Positions 13,594 to 13,677 of a DNA stretch of 13,677 bases are shown one piece after another. The stretch spans positions 1-13,677 of the forward strand of contig JBAYGB010000009.1 of NCBI GenBank assembly GCA_041666885.1, in the 5' to 3' direction. Each line of letters begins with the position of its first letter. Positions within the stretch are counted from its first letter, which is position 1. Source of the DNA: Patescibacteria group bacterium. GTDB taxonomy: Bacteria; Patescibacteriota; Patescibacteriia; Patescibacteriales; XYC2-FULL-47-12. A program made the position numbers and the translations under genes. The notes below the pieces were generated by a model. The model saw only the letters and a program-made list of their open reading frames with translations. It was not told the origin of the DNA and did not search any database.

Positions 13594-13677
13594 AAATTAA
13601 GAATTAAGAATTAAGAATTAAGAATTAAGAATTAAGAATTAAGAATTAAGAATTAAGAATTAAGAATTAAGAATTAA
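13594..13677. repeat. Perfect heptamer microsatellite (GAATTAA)x11 preceded by AAATTAA, immediately upstream of the holA start; the array runs off the window end
   Basis: 13601-13677 is exactly 11 x GAATTAA with no mismatch. It is the same unit as the degenerate array after infB (8807-8889). Confidence 0.95.

Noticed and set aside
1-13677. Assigning the window to a specific lineage, for example candidate phyla radiation (CPR)
   Set aside because: SD-less starts, AT-rich spacers and compact housekeeping content are suggestive but not diagnostic. The SPFH gene has a strong SD. Without rRNA or marker phylogeny I will not name a lineage.

Overview
This window is a compact bacterial chromosomal stretch with nine recognisable housekeeping genes plus several hypothetical ones, most of them without Shine-Dalgarno sequences. 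Nearly every intergenic gap is filled by small structured repeats.

Plus strand: infB (IF-2), rbfA, a DHH/DHHA1 NrnA-like phosphoesterase overlapping rbfA by 8 nt, clpP, lgt, and rpsT.

Minus strand: holA, trxB, a 126-aa conserved hypothetical, rnhB, a small class-I SAM methyltransferase, and a small membrane protein. At the left end sit a two-gene membrane operon (a 4-TM SPFH/band-7 fusion protein followed by a 258-aa membrane protein) and a partial secreted, pilin-like ORF that runs off the window.

Two kinds of repeat dominate the non-coding sequence:
- A GC-rich palindromic element family (TGTCATTCCCGCG...CGCGGGAATGACA), present as three full copies and one fragment.
- A recurring intergenic architecture in which two arms of short 7-8-nt tandem repeats flank a short central hairpin. 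Different copies use different repeat units (GGATATT, AGTTAAT, TTTGGAATA-type). Tandem arrays of GAATTAA/GAAAATT-type units flank a hairpin after infB but are same-sense rather than inverted, and a perfect (GAATTAA)x11 array abuts the holA start with any partner arm lying outside the window.

One copy of this architecture (AGTAACR / CATTACTx4) is inserted in frame inside the lgt coding sequence. I found no rRNA, tRNA, CRISPR array, transposase or integrase. All product calls rest on motifs I recognise by eye, not on database searches.
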